Shown here: positions 49,635-59,065 of the stretch, piece after piece
How the letters are laid out: the number at the start of each line of letters is the position of its first letter
Position numbering within the stretch: the stretch's first letter is position 1
Assembly: GCA_963814585.1 (NCBI GenBank)
Contig: CAWFDF010000008.1
Span: forward strand, 544,001-608,000
DNA from: an uncultured delta proteobacterium
Lineage (GTDB): Bacteria > Myxococcota > Myxococcia > Myxococcales > Anaeromyxobacteraceae
Direction of reading: 5' to 3'
Length of the DNA stretch: 64,000 nucleotides
Notes under the pieces: generated by a model
Told to the model about the DNA's origin: nothing
Seen by the model: the letters and a program-made list of their open reading frames with translations, nothing else
Database searches by the model: none
Translations under genes and position numbers: made by a program

Positions 49635-50747
49635 ATGATCGATGCCGTCCATTGCGGAAGTTGCGGCCGAGAGGTCCCCCGGCCGTCCGGCCCCGGCGCG
49701 GCCTGTCCCGCCTGCCGGGCGCCGCTGGCACCGGGCGCCCAGGCCGTTCCGGCCCGGACCGTGCCGGCCGGGGTCGAGGCCGTCGAGGTCCCGTTCCTGG
49801 CGGGCGACTTCGAGGACCTGGAGCTGGGCCCGGAGCCGGGCACGGCGCCCTCCCCGCCGTCACCCAGCCGACCCGACGCCCTCGGCGAGGCGCCCGCCTC
49901 GCGCCACACCCAGAGCGAGTCCTCGCGAGCCGCGGCCCGCATGGCCAACGTCCCGACCTTCAAGGCCGCCAGCGCGCGAGGCGGGTTCCCCATCCTCCCC
50001 ATCGGCATGGGCCTGGCGCTGATCCTCGGCGTCACCGCCTTCGCCCTGCTTCGGGGTCGGCCGGCGGCCCCTGCCGTCGTCGCGGCGCCCTCCAGGGAGC
50101 TGGAGGTCGCCAGGATCGGACGGCCGCCCGAGCCGTCCCCGTCGGTCTCCTCCGAGCCGGATCCTCCCGCCCCGGTGGTGACGATGGACCTCCCGGCCGA
50201 CGAGATCCGGGTGCCTCGGCCTCGGCCCAAACCCCACGAACGCGAGGCTCGGGCTCGCCCGGCCCGCCCGGCCGCACCGCCGGCTCGCGAGGTCACCCGC
50301 CCGGACAAGCCAGCCAGCAACCGCCTCGCCCCCGCGCCGGCGCCGGCGCCGGCGCCGAGAGTCGAGCCCGATCCCGTGCCGCCGCCCCAGTTCGTGGCCG
50401 CCCCACCGGCCGAGCCCCCGAGCCTCCCGGCGCCACTGGCCATCGGCCCGAGCTTCGCCCGCGAGGGCTACCAGAAGGCCCGGCCCTCGACGCCGGGCTG
50501 CGTCGCCGCCTCGCTCCGCCTGCCTCGTGACATCGCCGACGTCAGCGGAGCGAGCGCCACCGTGAAGTTCGCGGTGGACGAGACCGGGAAGGTCTCGCAG
50601 TTCAGCTACCTCTCGGGGCCCGACGAACCGCGAATCGGCGCCGCCATCTGGGCCGCGGTCCAGCGCTGCGAGTGGACCCCCGGCGCCACCGGGCAAGGGA
50701 AGCCCATCGCGCTCTGGGTGACCATGCCGATCAAGTTCGGCAGGTAG
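49635..50747 (+). CDS. TonB-C-domain protein with an N-terminal Zn ribbon
   Basis: CGSC...CPAC, TM, Pro-rich linker, VKFAVDETGKV...WTPG...GKPIALWVTMPIKF. Confidence 0.8.
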   Translation: MIDAVHCGSCGREVPRPSGPGAACPACRAPLAPGAQAVPARTVPAGVEAVEVPFLAGDFEDLELGPEPGTAPSPPSPSRPDALGEAPASRHTQSESSRAAARMANVPTFKAASARGGFPILPIGMGLALILGVTAFALLRGRPAAPAVVAAPSRELEVARIGRPPEPSPSVSSEPDPPAPVVTMDLPADEIRVPRPRPKPHEREARARPARPAAPPAREVTRPDKPASNRLAPAPAPAPAPRVEPDPVPPPQFVAAPPAEPPSLPAPLAIGPSFAREGYQKARPSTPGCVAASLRLPRDIADVSGASATVKFAVDETGKVSQFSYLSGPDEPRIGAAIWAAVQRCEWTPGATGQGKPIALWVTMPIKFGR

Positions 50748-50753
50748 CAGGCG

Positions 50754-51392
50754 TCACCCCCTGTTGACGCCGGCGAGATCGGTGCCCACCATCCCGGACC
50801 GGAACGAGCGGGGGTCGATCCGCGTCAGCCGGCCCTCCTGCGCCGGCGTCAGCAAGGGCCGGTGAGGGCCGTCGTCGAGCCGCTCCGCGAGGCGCGGCGC
50901 CGCGGCCTCGTCGAACTCCCAGCGAAGCCGATCGAAGCGGCGCAGGTCGAGCGGGCGCGCCGAGTAGGCGCGCAGGGTCCGCTGCCTCCTCAGGCTGTAG
51001 TAGGGCTCGAAGTAGCTGAGCGCGAGCTCGCGCAGCGTCCGGTGGATCGGCTCGCGGTAGCGCAGGCCGGCGAAGTTGGACTTGGCGAGCGCGCCCCAGG
51101 CCCCGTCCACCTTGAACACGGCGAGGACGTGGTCGTCGTCTCGGGTGGCCCGGAGGTCGAGCAGCAGCGGCGGGTGGCCATGGAAGCGGAGCGCCGCAGC
51201 CGCCAGCAGGGCGCCGTCGAAGCAGTGGGCGCGCCGCTCGGCGAGGGCGCGACGAGGTGATGCCGGGGCATCCTCGGTCCGGTAGGCGAACTGGTCGATC
51301 AGGTCCTGGATGCGCCGCGGGGTCGAGAGGCGGCGCAGGGCGGCGCGCTCGGCGCGGCTCCAGGGCTGGGGGTGGGGGCGTGGGTCGGTCAT
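50754..51392 (-). CDS. Transglutaminase-like conserved protein
   Basis: AHCFDGALLAA, DDDHVLAVF, WGALAKSN, LRYREP. Confidence 0.7.
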   Translation of the reverse strand: MTDPRPHPQPWSRAERAALRRLSTPRRIQDLIDQFAYRTEDAPASPRRALAERRAHCFDGALLAAAALRFHGHPPLLLDLRATRDDDHVLAVFKVDGAWGALAKSNFAGLRYREPIHRTLRELALSYFEPYYSLRRQRTLRAYSARPLDLRRFDRLRWEFDEAAAPRLAERLDDGPHRPLLTPAQEGRLTRIDPRSFRSGMVGTDLAGVNRG

Positions 51393-51559
51393 GGGCGGGG
51401 CGAGAACGTACCCTCCCCGGCGCCGCCACGTCGAGCAGGACCCGGCGGAGCACCAGGAGCACGGCGGAATGCCGGCAGGAGCTCCACACTCCGGGCGCGA
51501 GGTGTGCCAATATCCGCGCCCGTCGCGGCGCCCTCCTGGCGCCCTGGAGGCTCTGGATC

Positions 51560-52192
51560 ATGAACAAGAACCTGTTGCTCGGCGCCGTCGGTGGCCTGCT
51601 GATCGGCATCCTCGTCGGCTACACCATCGGCCTCTCCAAGGGGATGAGCGAGGCCCAGAAGCTGCTCGGATCCGCCCCGCTCCCGGCCTTCGACGCGGCG
51701 CCGCCGATGCCGGCCGGCATGCCACCTGGCGTGCCTGCCGGGATGCCGGCGCCCGGTCCTTCGCCGGAGGTCTTCCAGCGCATCGAGATGAACCAGAAGC
51801 TGGCCGCCAGGGATCCCAAGCAGGTGGGCGTCTGGATCCAGCTCGGCAACGACTACTTCGACACCAGGCAACACCAGAAGGCCATCGACGCCTACGCCAA
51901 GGCGCTGGCCCTCGACCCCAACAACCCCGACGTGCTGACCGACCAGGGGGTCATGTACCGGGACACCGGCCGCTTCGACGAGGCCATCGCCAACTTCGAG
52001 AAGGCCAACAAGATCGACCCCAGGCACGTGCAGAGCGCCTTCAACCTGGGGGTGGTCTGGGCCAACGACAAGCACGACGGCGCCAAGGCGGCGGCCGCCT
52101 ACAAGAAGGTCATCTCCATCGCCCCCAACAGCCCGCAGGCCAGCGAGGCCCGCAGGGCGCTGGCCGGCCTCACCCAGGGTCAGCAGAGGTGA
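51560..52192 (+). CDS. Membrane-anchored TPR protein
   Basis: N-terminal TM; WIQLGNDYFD, AIDAYAKALALDP, AFNLGVV. Confidence 0.88.
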   Translation: MNKNLLLGAVGGLLIGILVGYTIGLSKGMSEAQKLLGSAPLPAFDAAPPMPAGMPPGVPAGMPAPGPSPEVFQRIEMNQKLAARDPKQVGVWIQLGNDYFDTRQHQKAIDAYAKALALDPNNPDVLTDQGVMYRDTGRFDEAIANFEKANKIDPRHVQSAFNLGVVWANDKHDGAKAAAAYKKVISIAPNSPQASEARRALAGLTQGQQR

Positions 52193-53283
52193 CGGGCCCG
52201 GAGCGCCCGGCGCCTCCCGCCTCCGCGGCAGGCGCCACGCTCCTCATCTACGGGGCCAACGGCTACAGCGGCGAGCTGATGGCACGGCGCGCGGTGCAGC
52301 GCGGCCTGCACCCCGTCCTCGCCGGCCGGACCGCCGGGCCGGTGCAGCGGCTGGCGGCCGAGCTGGGGCTTCCGCACCGAGTCTTCTCACTCGACGATCC
52401 GGCCGCGATCGACGCCGGCCTGGAGGGAGTGGCCGCGCTGCTCCACGCCGCCGGCCCGTTCTCGCGCACCTCGCGCCCCATGGCCGACGGCTGCCTGCGC
52501 CGCCGCGTCCACTACCTCGACATCACTGGCGAAGGCGCGGTCTTCGCGGCGCTGGCGCGGCGCGACGGCGAGGCCAGGGCGGCCGGCGTGACGCTGCTTC
52601 CCGGGGTCGGCTTCGACGTGATCCCGTCGGACGGCCTGGCCGCCCACCTGGCGCGCCGCCTCCCCGGAGCCGCGCGGCTCACGCTCGCCTTCAAGGGCAT
52701 CGGCCAGCCATCCCGGGGCACCGCCCTCACCGCGCTGGAGGGACTCCACCTCGGCGGGATGATCCGGCGCGGGGGGAAGCTCGTGCGCGTGCCGGCCGCG
52801 TGGCGGACCCGCGACTTCGACTTCGGCCGAGGCCCGCTCACCTGCATGACCATCCCCTGGGGCGACGTCTGGACCGCGTGGCACTCCACTGGCATCCCCG
52901 ACATCGAGGTCTACATGGCGGCGTCGCCTGGCATGCGCGCCTTCGCCCGGGCCTCGCGCTCCCTCGGCCCGCTGCTCGGGTCACGCCCGGTGCAGCGAGC
53001 GCTGCAGGCACTGGTCCGCTCCCGGCTCACCGGGCCGGATGCCGCGGCGCGCGCGCGCGGACGCTCGCTGCTCCACGGCGAGGTGGAGCACGCCGACGGC
53101 CGGCGCGCCTCGGCGCGGATCACCACGCCCGAGGCCTACGCCTTCACGGCGCTGGCCGCGGTCGAGTGCGCCGAGCGGGTGCTGGCCGGGCGCGCCCCCT
53201 CCGGCTTCCAGACCCCCTCGCTCGCCTTCGGCCCCGACCTGGCGCTCTCCATCGCCGGCGTCGAGCGCGTCGACCTCGAGTAG
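52189..53283 (+). CDS. Saccharopine dehydrogenase-like NADP oxidoreductase
   Basis: IYGANGYSG, AGPF, HYLDITGE, GVGFDVIPSD; GTGA overlap. Confidence 0.9.
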   Translation: MTGPERPAPPASAAGATLLIYGANGYSGELMARRAVQRGLHPVLAGRTAGPVQRLAAELGLPHRVFSLDDPAAIDAGLEGVAALLHAAGPFSRTSRPMADGCLRRRVHYLDITGEGAVFAALARRDGEARAAGVTLLPGVGFDVIPSDGLAAHLARRLPGAARLTLAFKGIGQPSRGTALTALEGLHLGGMIRRGGKLVRVPAAWRTRDFDFGRGPLTCMTIPWGDVWTAWHSTGIPDIEVYMAASPGMRAFARASRSLGPLLGSRPVQRALQALVRSRLTGPDAAARARGRSLLHGEVEHADGRRASARITTPEAYAFTALAAVECAERVLAGRAPSGFQTPSLAFGPDLALSIAGVERVDLE

Positions 53284-53409
53284 CTCGCCCTCCATTCGCG
53301 CCCGGCCGGCCCCTTCCACGACTCGCGTTGCCGGGGCGGACCTGCTAGGACCCCGCCACCACACGCCCCGGCGCGCGAGCCGCGCCCGGTGCGCCACCCT
53401 GGAGCCGTC

Positions 53410-54696
53410 GTGTCGACCTTTGCCCAGCTTGGACTCTCCGAGAAGTCGCTGCAGTCGCTGACCCGCGCCGGCTTCGAGCACCCCACGCCGATCCAGGCCC
53501 GCGCCATCCCGCCGGCCCTGGAGGGAAAGGACGTCATCGGCACCGCCGCCACCGGCACCGGCAAGACCGCGGCCTTCCTGCTGCCCATCATCGAGCGGCT
53601 GGCCGGCAAGCCGGGGACCCGCGCCCTGGTGCTGGCCCCCACCCGGGAGCTGGCGCTCCAGATCGGGGAGGAGCTGGAGCGCTTCGGCAAGGCCCGCCAC
53701 GTGCGCGGCGCCGTGGTGATCGGCGGCGTGGGGATGGGCCAGCAGGAGCGGGCCTTCCGGGACCGGATCGAGGTGATCATCGCCACGCCCGGCCGACTGG
53801 TCGATCTCCTCCAGCAGGGCCTGGCCCGGCTCGACCTGATCGAGGTGCTGGTGCTCGACGAGGCCGACCGGATGCTCGACATGGGGTTCAAGCCGCAGCT
53901 CACCAAGATCCTGCAGAAGCTCCCGCGCACCCGGCAGACGCTCCTCTTCTCGGCCACCACGGCGGGCGAGGTGGCCGAGTTCGCCCAGACCCACCTGAAG
54001 GCACCGGTGCGGGTCGAGGTGGCGCGCAGCGGCACCACCGCGGCGCGCGCCGAGCAGCGGGTCTTCCTCTGCGGGCAGGAGGAGAAGACCCCGCTCCTCC
54101 TGACCCTGCTGGCCGAGGACGACCTCTCCACGCTGGTCTTCACGCGCACCAAGCGGCGCGCCGATCGCGTCGCCAAGGCCGTGGAGCGTGCCGGCCACAA
54201 GGTGGCTCGCATCCACGCCGACCGATCGCAGGGGCAGCGCAAGCAGGCGCTCGACGGCTTCAAGGACGGCCGCTACCGGGTCCTGGTGGCCACCGACATC
54301 GCGGCGCGCGGCATCGACGTCGCCGACATCGGCCACGTGGTCAACTTCGACCTCCCGCACGTCCCGGAGGACTACGTCCACCGCGTCGGCCGGACGGCCC
54401 GCGCCGAGGCCAGCGGCCGAGCCTCCGCCTTCTGCGCCCCCGACGAGATCGACCTGCTGCGCGCCATCGAGCGGCTCACCCGGGTGCTGCTGCCGCGAGC
54501 CGAGGTGCCACGCGAGGCCGAGGTCTTCAGGTCAGAGCACGCCCGGGCCGAGGAAGGGCGCAAGCATCAGGGCACCCCGCCACACCGGCGCCCCGGCCCC
54601 GGCGGTGCCGGTGGCACCGGCCGCGGCGGAGGCGGGCGCGGCGGCGGCCGGGGCGGCTGGAAGGGCAAGCGCCCGGGCGGCAGGGCCTCGGCTTGA
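53410..54696 (+). CDS. DEAD-box RNA helicase (RhlE-like)
   Basis: PTPIQ, TGTGKT, PTRELA, TPGR, DEAD, SAT, ARGID, HRVGRT; RGG tail. Confidence 0.95.
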   Translation: MSTFAQLGLSEKSLQSLTRAGFEHPTPIQARAIPPALEGKDVIGTAATGTGKTAAFLLPIIERLAGKPGTRALVLAPTRELALQIGEELERFGKARHVRGAVVIGGVGMGQQERAFRDRIEVIIATPGRLVDLLQQGLARLDLIEVLVLDEADRMLDMGFKPQLTKILQKLPRTRQTLLFSATTAGEVAEFAQTHLKAPVRVEVARSGTTAARAEQRVFLCGQEEKTPLLLTLLAEDDLSTLVFTRTKRRADRVAKAVERAGHKVARIHADRSQGQRKQALDGFKDGRYRVLVATDIAARGIDVADIGHVVNFDLPHVPEDYVHRVGRTARAEASGRASAFCAPDEIDLLRAIERLTRVLLPRAEVPREAEVFRSEHARAEEGRKHQGTPPHRRPGPGGAGGTGRGGGGRGGGRGGWKGKRPGGRASA

Positions 54697-55355
54697 CCTC
54701 GCCCGACCAGCTGGCTCGCTGGCGCGACTTCGTCCGGCGGCAGACGGCGCCGACGCCGGTGGCCCTGGTCCCCGAGATCTCGCTCTACCAGGCCACCGAG
54801 CTGACGCCGCTCTGGCACGCCACCTCGGCCCAGCTGGACCGGTACGACGCCTCGCCGTTCTGGGCCTTCCCGTGGGCGGGCGGCCAGGCCCTGGCCCGCC
54901 ACCTGCTCGACCGGTCGGAGCTGGTGCGAGGGCGACGGGTGCTCGACTTCGCCACCGGCTCGGGGCTGGTGGGGATCGCGGCGCTGCTGGCCGGCGCCGC
55001 CTCCGTCGACTCCACCGATCTCGCCCCGTTCTGCGAGGTGGTGGTCCCCATGAACGCCTCCCTCAACGGCGTGTCGCTCACGCCCCGGCTGGTCGACGTC
55101 ATGGGCCAGCCGGTCGACGGGATCGACGTGGTGCTGGCCGGCGACGTCTTCTACGAGCGGCCGCTCGCCGAGGCGTCGCTGGCCTGGTTCCGCGCCCTGG
55201 CGGCCCGCGGCGTGATGGTGCTGGTGGGCGATCCCGGCCGGCTCTACTCGCCCCGCCAGGGCGTCTCCGACCGGGCCTGCTTCGAGGTGCCGGTCTCGCT
55301 GGAGATCGAGGAGCGCTCCCCCATGCGCGCCTGGGTGCTCCAGATCCTCCCTTGA
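54693..55355 (+). CDS. Class I SAM-dependent (protein lysine-type) methyltransferase
   Basis: PFWAFPWAGGQALAR, VLDFATGSG, AGDVFYE, GDPGR. Confidence 0.88.
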   Translation: MTSPDQLARWRDFVRRQTAPTPVALVPEISLYQATELTPLWHATSAQLDRYDASPFWAFPWAGGQALARHLLDRSELVRGRRVLDFATGSGLVGIAALLAGAASVDSTDLAPFCEVVVPMNASLNGVSLTPRLVDVMGQPVDGIDVVLAGDVFYERPLAEASLAWFRALAARGVMVLVGDPGRLYSPRQGVSDRACFEVPVSLEIEERSPMRAWVLQILP

Positions 55356-55424
55356 GAGGAGCCCGCCGGGTGCGTCCCGTTCGGGGTTTGGCCGCTCTTC
55401 GCGAAGCGCCGTACAAGGGGCCTC

Positions 55425-58358
55425 ATGGATAACGCCTCCGAGGTCGCGCCGCCCCCTCCGCCCCGGCCCTGGCGCCGCCGGCTGATCCGCACCGCCATCG
55501 CGGCGGGCGTGCTGGTCGCCGTGACGGCCGTGCTCGGCTTCCTGGTGGCGCCCCGGGTGATCCGCAACGCGCTGGAGAAGGACGGGAGCGCCTTCCTGGG
55601 AAGGCGAGTGACCGTCGCCGAGGTCAAGGTCAACCCCTTCACGCTCACCATCGACGTGAACGGGCTGGTGGTCGCCGACCGGGATGCGCCCCGCCTGGTG
55701 GCCTGGGAGCAGCTCCACGTCCGCCTGGCGCCCTGGCGGCTCCTGCAGGGGCTCGCTGGCGTGGCCGAGGTGAGGCTCATCCGCCCCTTCTTCCGGACCG
55801 CGCTCGACGGCACCGGTCGGCTGAACGTGCAGGACCTGTTGGGAGAGGAGGGCGCGCCACCGCCCGTGACGCCTGGGCAGGAGCGGCGCCGCCGGCTGGG
55901 CGTGGCGCTCGACCTGCTGGAGGTCGTCGAGGCCCGGGTGGCCTTCGCCGACGCCACCCGCAAGCCCACGTTCGAGTCCGAGGCGGGGCCGCTCTCCTTC
56001 CGGATGGAGAACTTCAGGACCACCGGCGACACCGACAGCCCGTACTCGCTCCGGGGCGCCACCGAGGCCGGTGAGTCCTTCGCGTGGCAAGGAACCTTCC
56101 ACTCCGACCCGCTCCGCTCGGCCGGCACCATCTCCTTCCAGGGGCTGTCGCTCCCCAAGTACGGCCCCTACCAGGTCGACGCGGCCCCGGCGCTGCTGGT
56201 GGAGCGCGGGACCGCCTCGGTGGAGGCCCGCTACGCGCTGGAGCTGGGGACCGGGAAGCGCACCTTCACGGTGAGCGGGCTCTCGCTGCTGGTCGAGGAC
56301 CTGGTGCTGGCGCGCCGCCGGGACGCCAGCCGCGCCCTGGAGCTGCCGCGCGTGGAGGTGACCGGCGTCGACGTGGACCTGCTCGGGAAGACCGCCTCGG
56401 TGGCCGGCGTGAAGGTGACTGGCGGCCGGATCTCGCCCCGGCGGGAGCGAGATGGCCACTTCGCCCTCCTCGACATGCTGGAGACCACCCCCGGCCCCCC
56501 CTCCCCCTCCCCCTGGCGCTGGTCGGTGGCGACGGTGGCCGTCGAGCGGCTCTCGGTCGCCGCCGAGGACCTGCTGGCGCCCCGGCCGGTCCGCCTCGAC
56601 CTCTTCGACGTGAACGTCAGGCTCGACGGCCTGAGGCCGGACCCTGCGGCGGCCTGCCCGCTGGACGCCTCGTTCCGCGTCGGCGAAGGCGGGACCGTCT
56701 CGGTGAAGGGCACGCTCCGCCCGTTCGCCAGCGCTGGCGAGCTGGCGCTGGAGGTGGCCGGGCTCGACCTGGTGCCGGTCTCCCCCTACGCCGCGGACGC
56801 CACGCCGCTGCGCATGGCGGCCGGGACCCTCGGACTCAAGGCGCGGATCACCTTCGACGCCTCCGGCGCTGCCGCCCGCTGGACCGTCGCCGGCGACCTG
56901 CGGGTCGATGGCCTGAACCTTCGCCACCCCCGGCGAGACGAGGACCTGGTCCGCTGGCGCTCCCTGGAGCTGCTCGGCCTCGACGCCGCCTCGTCGCGCC
57001 GGGCCGCGGTGCGGGTGGTCCGGGTCACCGAGCCCAGGCTTCGCGCCGTCGTCTTCGAGGACGGCGCCACCGGCCTGGAGCCCACCGGTCCCGCGCCGGG
57101 CCAGGACGCCCCCGCTGCCAGGGCGGCCGCGGCGACGCCTCCTCCCGGCGCACCGGGCGGCGGCGCGCCGTGGCGCACCGCCGTCGGGCTCTTCCAGGTG
57201 GTGCGCGGGCGCGTCAGCTTCACCGATCGCTCGCTCCAGCCGCCGGTCCACGCCGCCCTCACCGACGTCGAGGTCCGCATCGCCAGCCTCTCGTCGGACC
57301 CGCAGGTCCGCTCCACGGTGGACGTCAAGGCGCAGGTGGATGGCGCCGCCCCGTTCACGGCAACCGGCACGCTCAACCCCCTGCGTCAGGAGGCCTTCAC
57401 CGACCTCGCGGTCACCGCCCGGGGCGTCGACCTGACGCCGCTCGGCCCCCTCGCCGGTCGGCACCTCGGCTACCTGATCCAGAAGGGGAAGCTCGACCTC
57501 GACCTGGCCTGGAGGGTCGAGGAGCGGCGGCTCAAGGCCGGCAACGTCGTCCGCCTCGACCAGTTCACGCTCGGCGAGGCCGTCGAGAGCCAGGAGGCCA
57601 CCTCGCTCCCGGTCCGCCTGGCGCTGGCCATCCTCACCGACAAGGACGGGGTCATCCTGCTCGACGTCCCCGTGGAGGGTCGCCTCGACGACCCGGAGTT
57701 CCGGCTCGGCCGGGTCATCTGGCACACCATCACCTCCCTGCTGGTCAAGGTGGCGGCCTCCCCGTTCAGCGCCCTGGCCTCGCTGGTTGGCGGCGGCCAG
57801 GACGACCTCTCGCTGGTCGAGTTCGCCCCGGGCGCGGCCGCGCTCGACGAGGCCGCCCTCAAGCGGGTCCAGCTGCTGGCCAGGTCGCTGGCGGAGCGGC
57901 CCCGGCTCAACCTCGAGCTGGACGGGGCCGCCGACCCCGCCGCCGACGGTGCCACCCTTCGTCGCGCCGGCCTGGAGCTGCTGCTGCGGCAGGCCAAGGC
58001 GGCGGCGCAGCGCCCGCCGGTGGCGGCCGACTCGGTGCAGGTGACGCCCGAGGAGCGACCCCGCTGGCTGGCCAGCGCCTGGGCATCCGCCAGCCCGCCC
58101 CCGCTGCAGCCGGCCGTCGCGGCCAGGCCGGGCGCGTCGCCGTCGTCACCGCCCGACGCGGCCGTCATGGAGGCGCGCCTGCTGGCCGGCGTGAGCCTCC
58201 CGCCGGAGGCGCTGGGCGAGCTGGCGGCCGCCCGGGCCCAGGCCGTCCGGGAGGCGCTGCTCGCGGCCGGCCTGGATCGGTCCCGCCTCTTCCTGGTGGA
58301 GGGTGGGGAGCGCGCCCGCAAGGAGCCGGCGCCACGGGTCTACTTCGGCGTCAGGTAG
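55425..58358 (+). CDS. DUF748-domain (AsmA-like) envelope protein
   Basis: N-terminal TM, VNPFTL, repeated FxD and DLxPxxPY units, LPVRLALAIL, G-x-LDDPEF. Confidence 0.85.
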   Translation: MDNASEVAPPPPPRPWRRRLIRTAIAAGVLVAVTAVLGFLVAPRVIRNALEKDGSAFLGRRVTVAEVKVNPFTLTIDVNGLVVADRDAPRLVAWEQLHVRLAPWRLLQGLAGVAEVRLIRPFFRTALDGTGRLNVQDLLGEEGAPPPVTPGQERRRRLGVALDLLEVVEARVAFADATRKPTFESEAGPLSFRMENFRTTGDTDSPYSLRGATEAGESFAWQGTFHSDPLRSAGTISFQGLSLPKYGPYQVDAAPALLVERGTASVEARYALELGTGKRTFTVSGLSLLVEDLVLARRRDASRALELPRVEVTGVDVDLLGKTASVAGVKVTGGRISPRRERDGHFALLDMLETTPGPPSPSPWRWSVATVAVERLSVAAEDLLAPRPVRLDLFDVNVRLDGLRPDPAAACPLDASFRVGEGGTVSVKGTLRPFASAGELALEVAGLDLVPVSPYAADATPLRMAAGTLGLKARITFDASGAAARWTVAGDLRVDGLNLRHPRRDEDLVRWRSLELLGLDAASSRRAAVRVVRVTEPRLRAVVFEDGATGLEPTGPAPGQDAPAARAAAATPPPGAPGGGAPWRTAVGLFQVVRGRVSFTDRSLQPPVHAALTDVEVRIASLSSDPQVRSTVDVKAQVDGAAPFTATGTLNPLRQEAFTDLAVTARGVDLTPLGPLAGRHLGYLIQKGKLDLDLAWRVEERRLKAGNVVRLDQFTLGEAVESQEATSLPVRLALAILTDKDGVILLDVPVEGRLDDPEFRLGRVIWHTITSLLVKVAASPFSALASLVGGGQDDLSLVEFAPGAAALDEAALKRVQLLARSLAERPRLNLELDGAADPAADGATLRRAGLELLLRQAKAAAQRPPVAADSVQVTPEERPRWLASAWASASPPPLQPAVAARPGASPSSPPDAAVMEARLLAGVSLPPEALGELAAARAQAVREALLAAGLDRSRLFLVEGGERARKEPAPRVYFGVR

Positions 58359-58360
58359 GG

Positions 58361-58411
58361 TTGACAAGGATGCGCGAACGGACGATAACGCGCCGCGAAT
58401 GAGCGTTCGCG
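58361..58411 (+). promoter_or_regulatory. tetR promoter with a palindromic operator over the start codon
   Basis: TTGACA-17 nt-GATAAC; CGCGAAT-GAGC-GTTCGCG (58394-58411); extra half-site CGCGAAC at 58373. Confidence 0.6.
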
Positions 58412-59040
58412 TCGCCACCTCCTCCGCCCGGTCGCGGCAGCGGCAGGCCCATGAGCGGGTCCGCCGCGAGATCCTGATGGCCGCGGCGGCGGTCTTCGCG
58501 CGGCACGGCTACGCCGCCGCCACCCTGGCCGACCTGGCCGAGGCGGCCGGCTACGCCCCGCCCTCCCTCTACCGGTACTTCGAGAGCAAGGAGGAGATCT
58601 TCTCCAGCCTCATCCAGCTGCTGAAGCGGGAGCTGTTTGCCACCTTCGAGCTCCCCGTCGACCGCGACCTGCCGCTGGCGGCCCGGCTCGAGGCGCTGCT
58701 GCGCGCCCAGTTCGCGCTGATGCGCGACCGGCGCGAGGTCTTCGCCGTCCTGCTGGCGAGCCGGCCGGCTGCCGATCCCGGGGAGCCGCCGATGCCCGAC
58801 CTGCGCGCCGGGATGGCCCTCTACGAGTCGCACATCGCCGGGTGGCTGCGCCGCCACGTGGCCCGCCGCGAGCTGCGCTGCCCGGTGGAGCTGGCCGCCC
58901 GCGCCTTGACCGGCCTCTCGCACGCCTTCCACAGCTGCCACGTGGGCGGCCACCGCGAGTCCACGGTCGCCGAGCAGGCCAGGCAGGTCGTCGAACTCGC
59001 CCTCCACGGCGTCCAGGCCGCCGCCCCTTCGTCGCACTGA
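58399..59040 (+). CDS. TetR/AcrR-family regulator
   Basis: ILMAAAAVFARHGY...LYRYFESKEEI. Confidence 0.93.
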   Translation: MSVRVATSSARSRQRQAHERVRREILMAAAAVFARHGYAAATLADLAEAAGYAPPSLYRYFESKEEIFSSLIQLLKRELFATFELPVDRDLPLAARLEALLRAQFALMRDRREVFAVLLASRPAADPGEPPMPDLRAGMALYESHIAGWLRRHVARRELRCPVELAARALTGLSHAFHSCHVGGHRESTVAEQARQVVELALHGVQAAAPSSH

Positions 59041-59065
59041 GCCATCGAACCCAGGAGTCCTCGAC

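Noticed and set aside
51493..51508. GG-N10-GC element upstream of the TPR gene as a sigma54 promoter
   Set aside because: Poor match to TGGCAC/TTGC and likely to occur by chance at this GC content.
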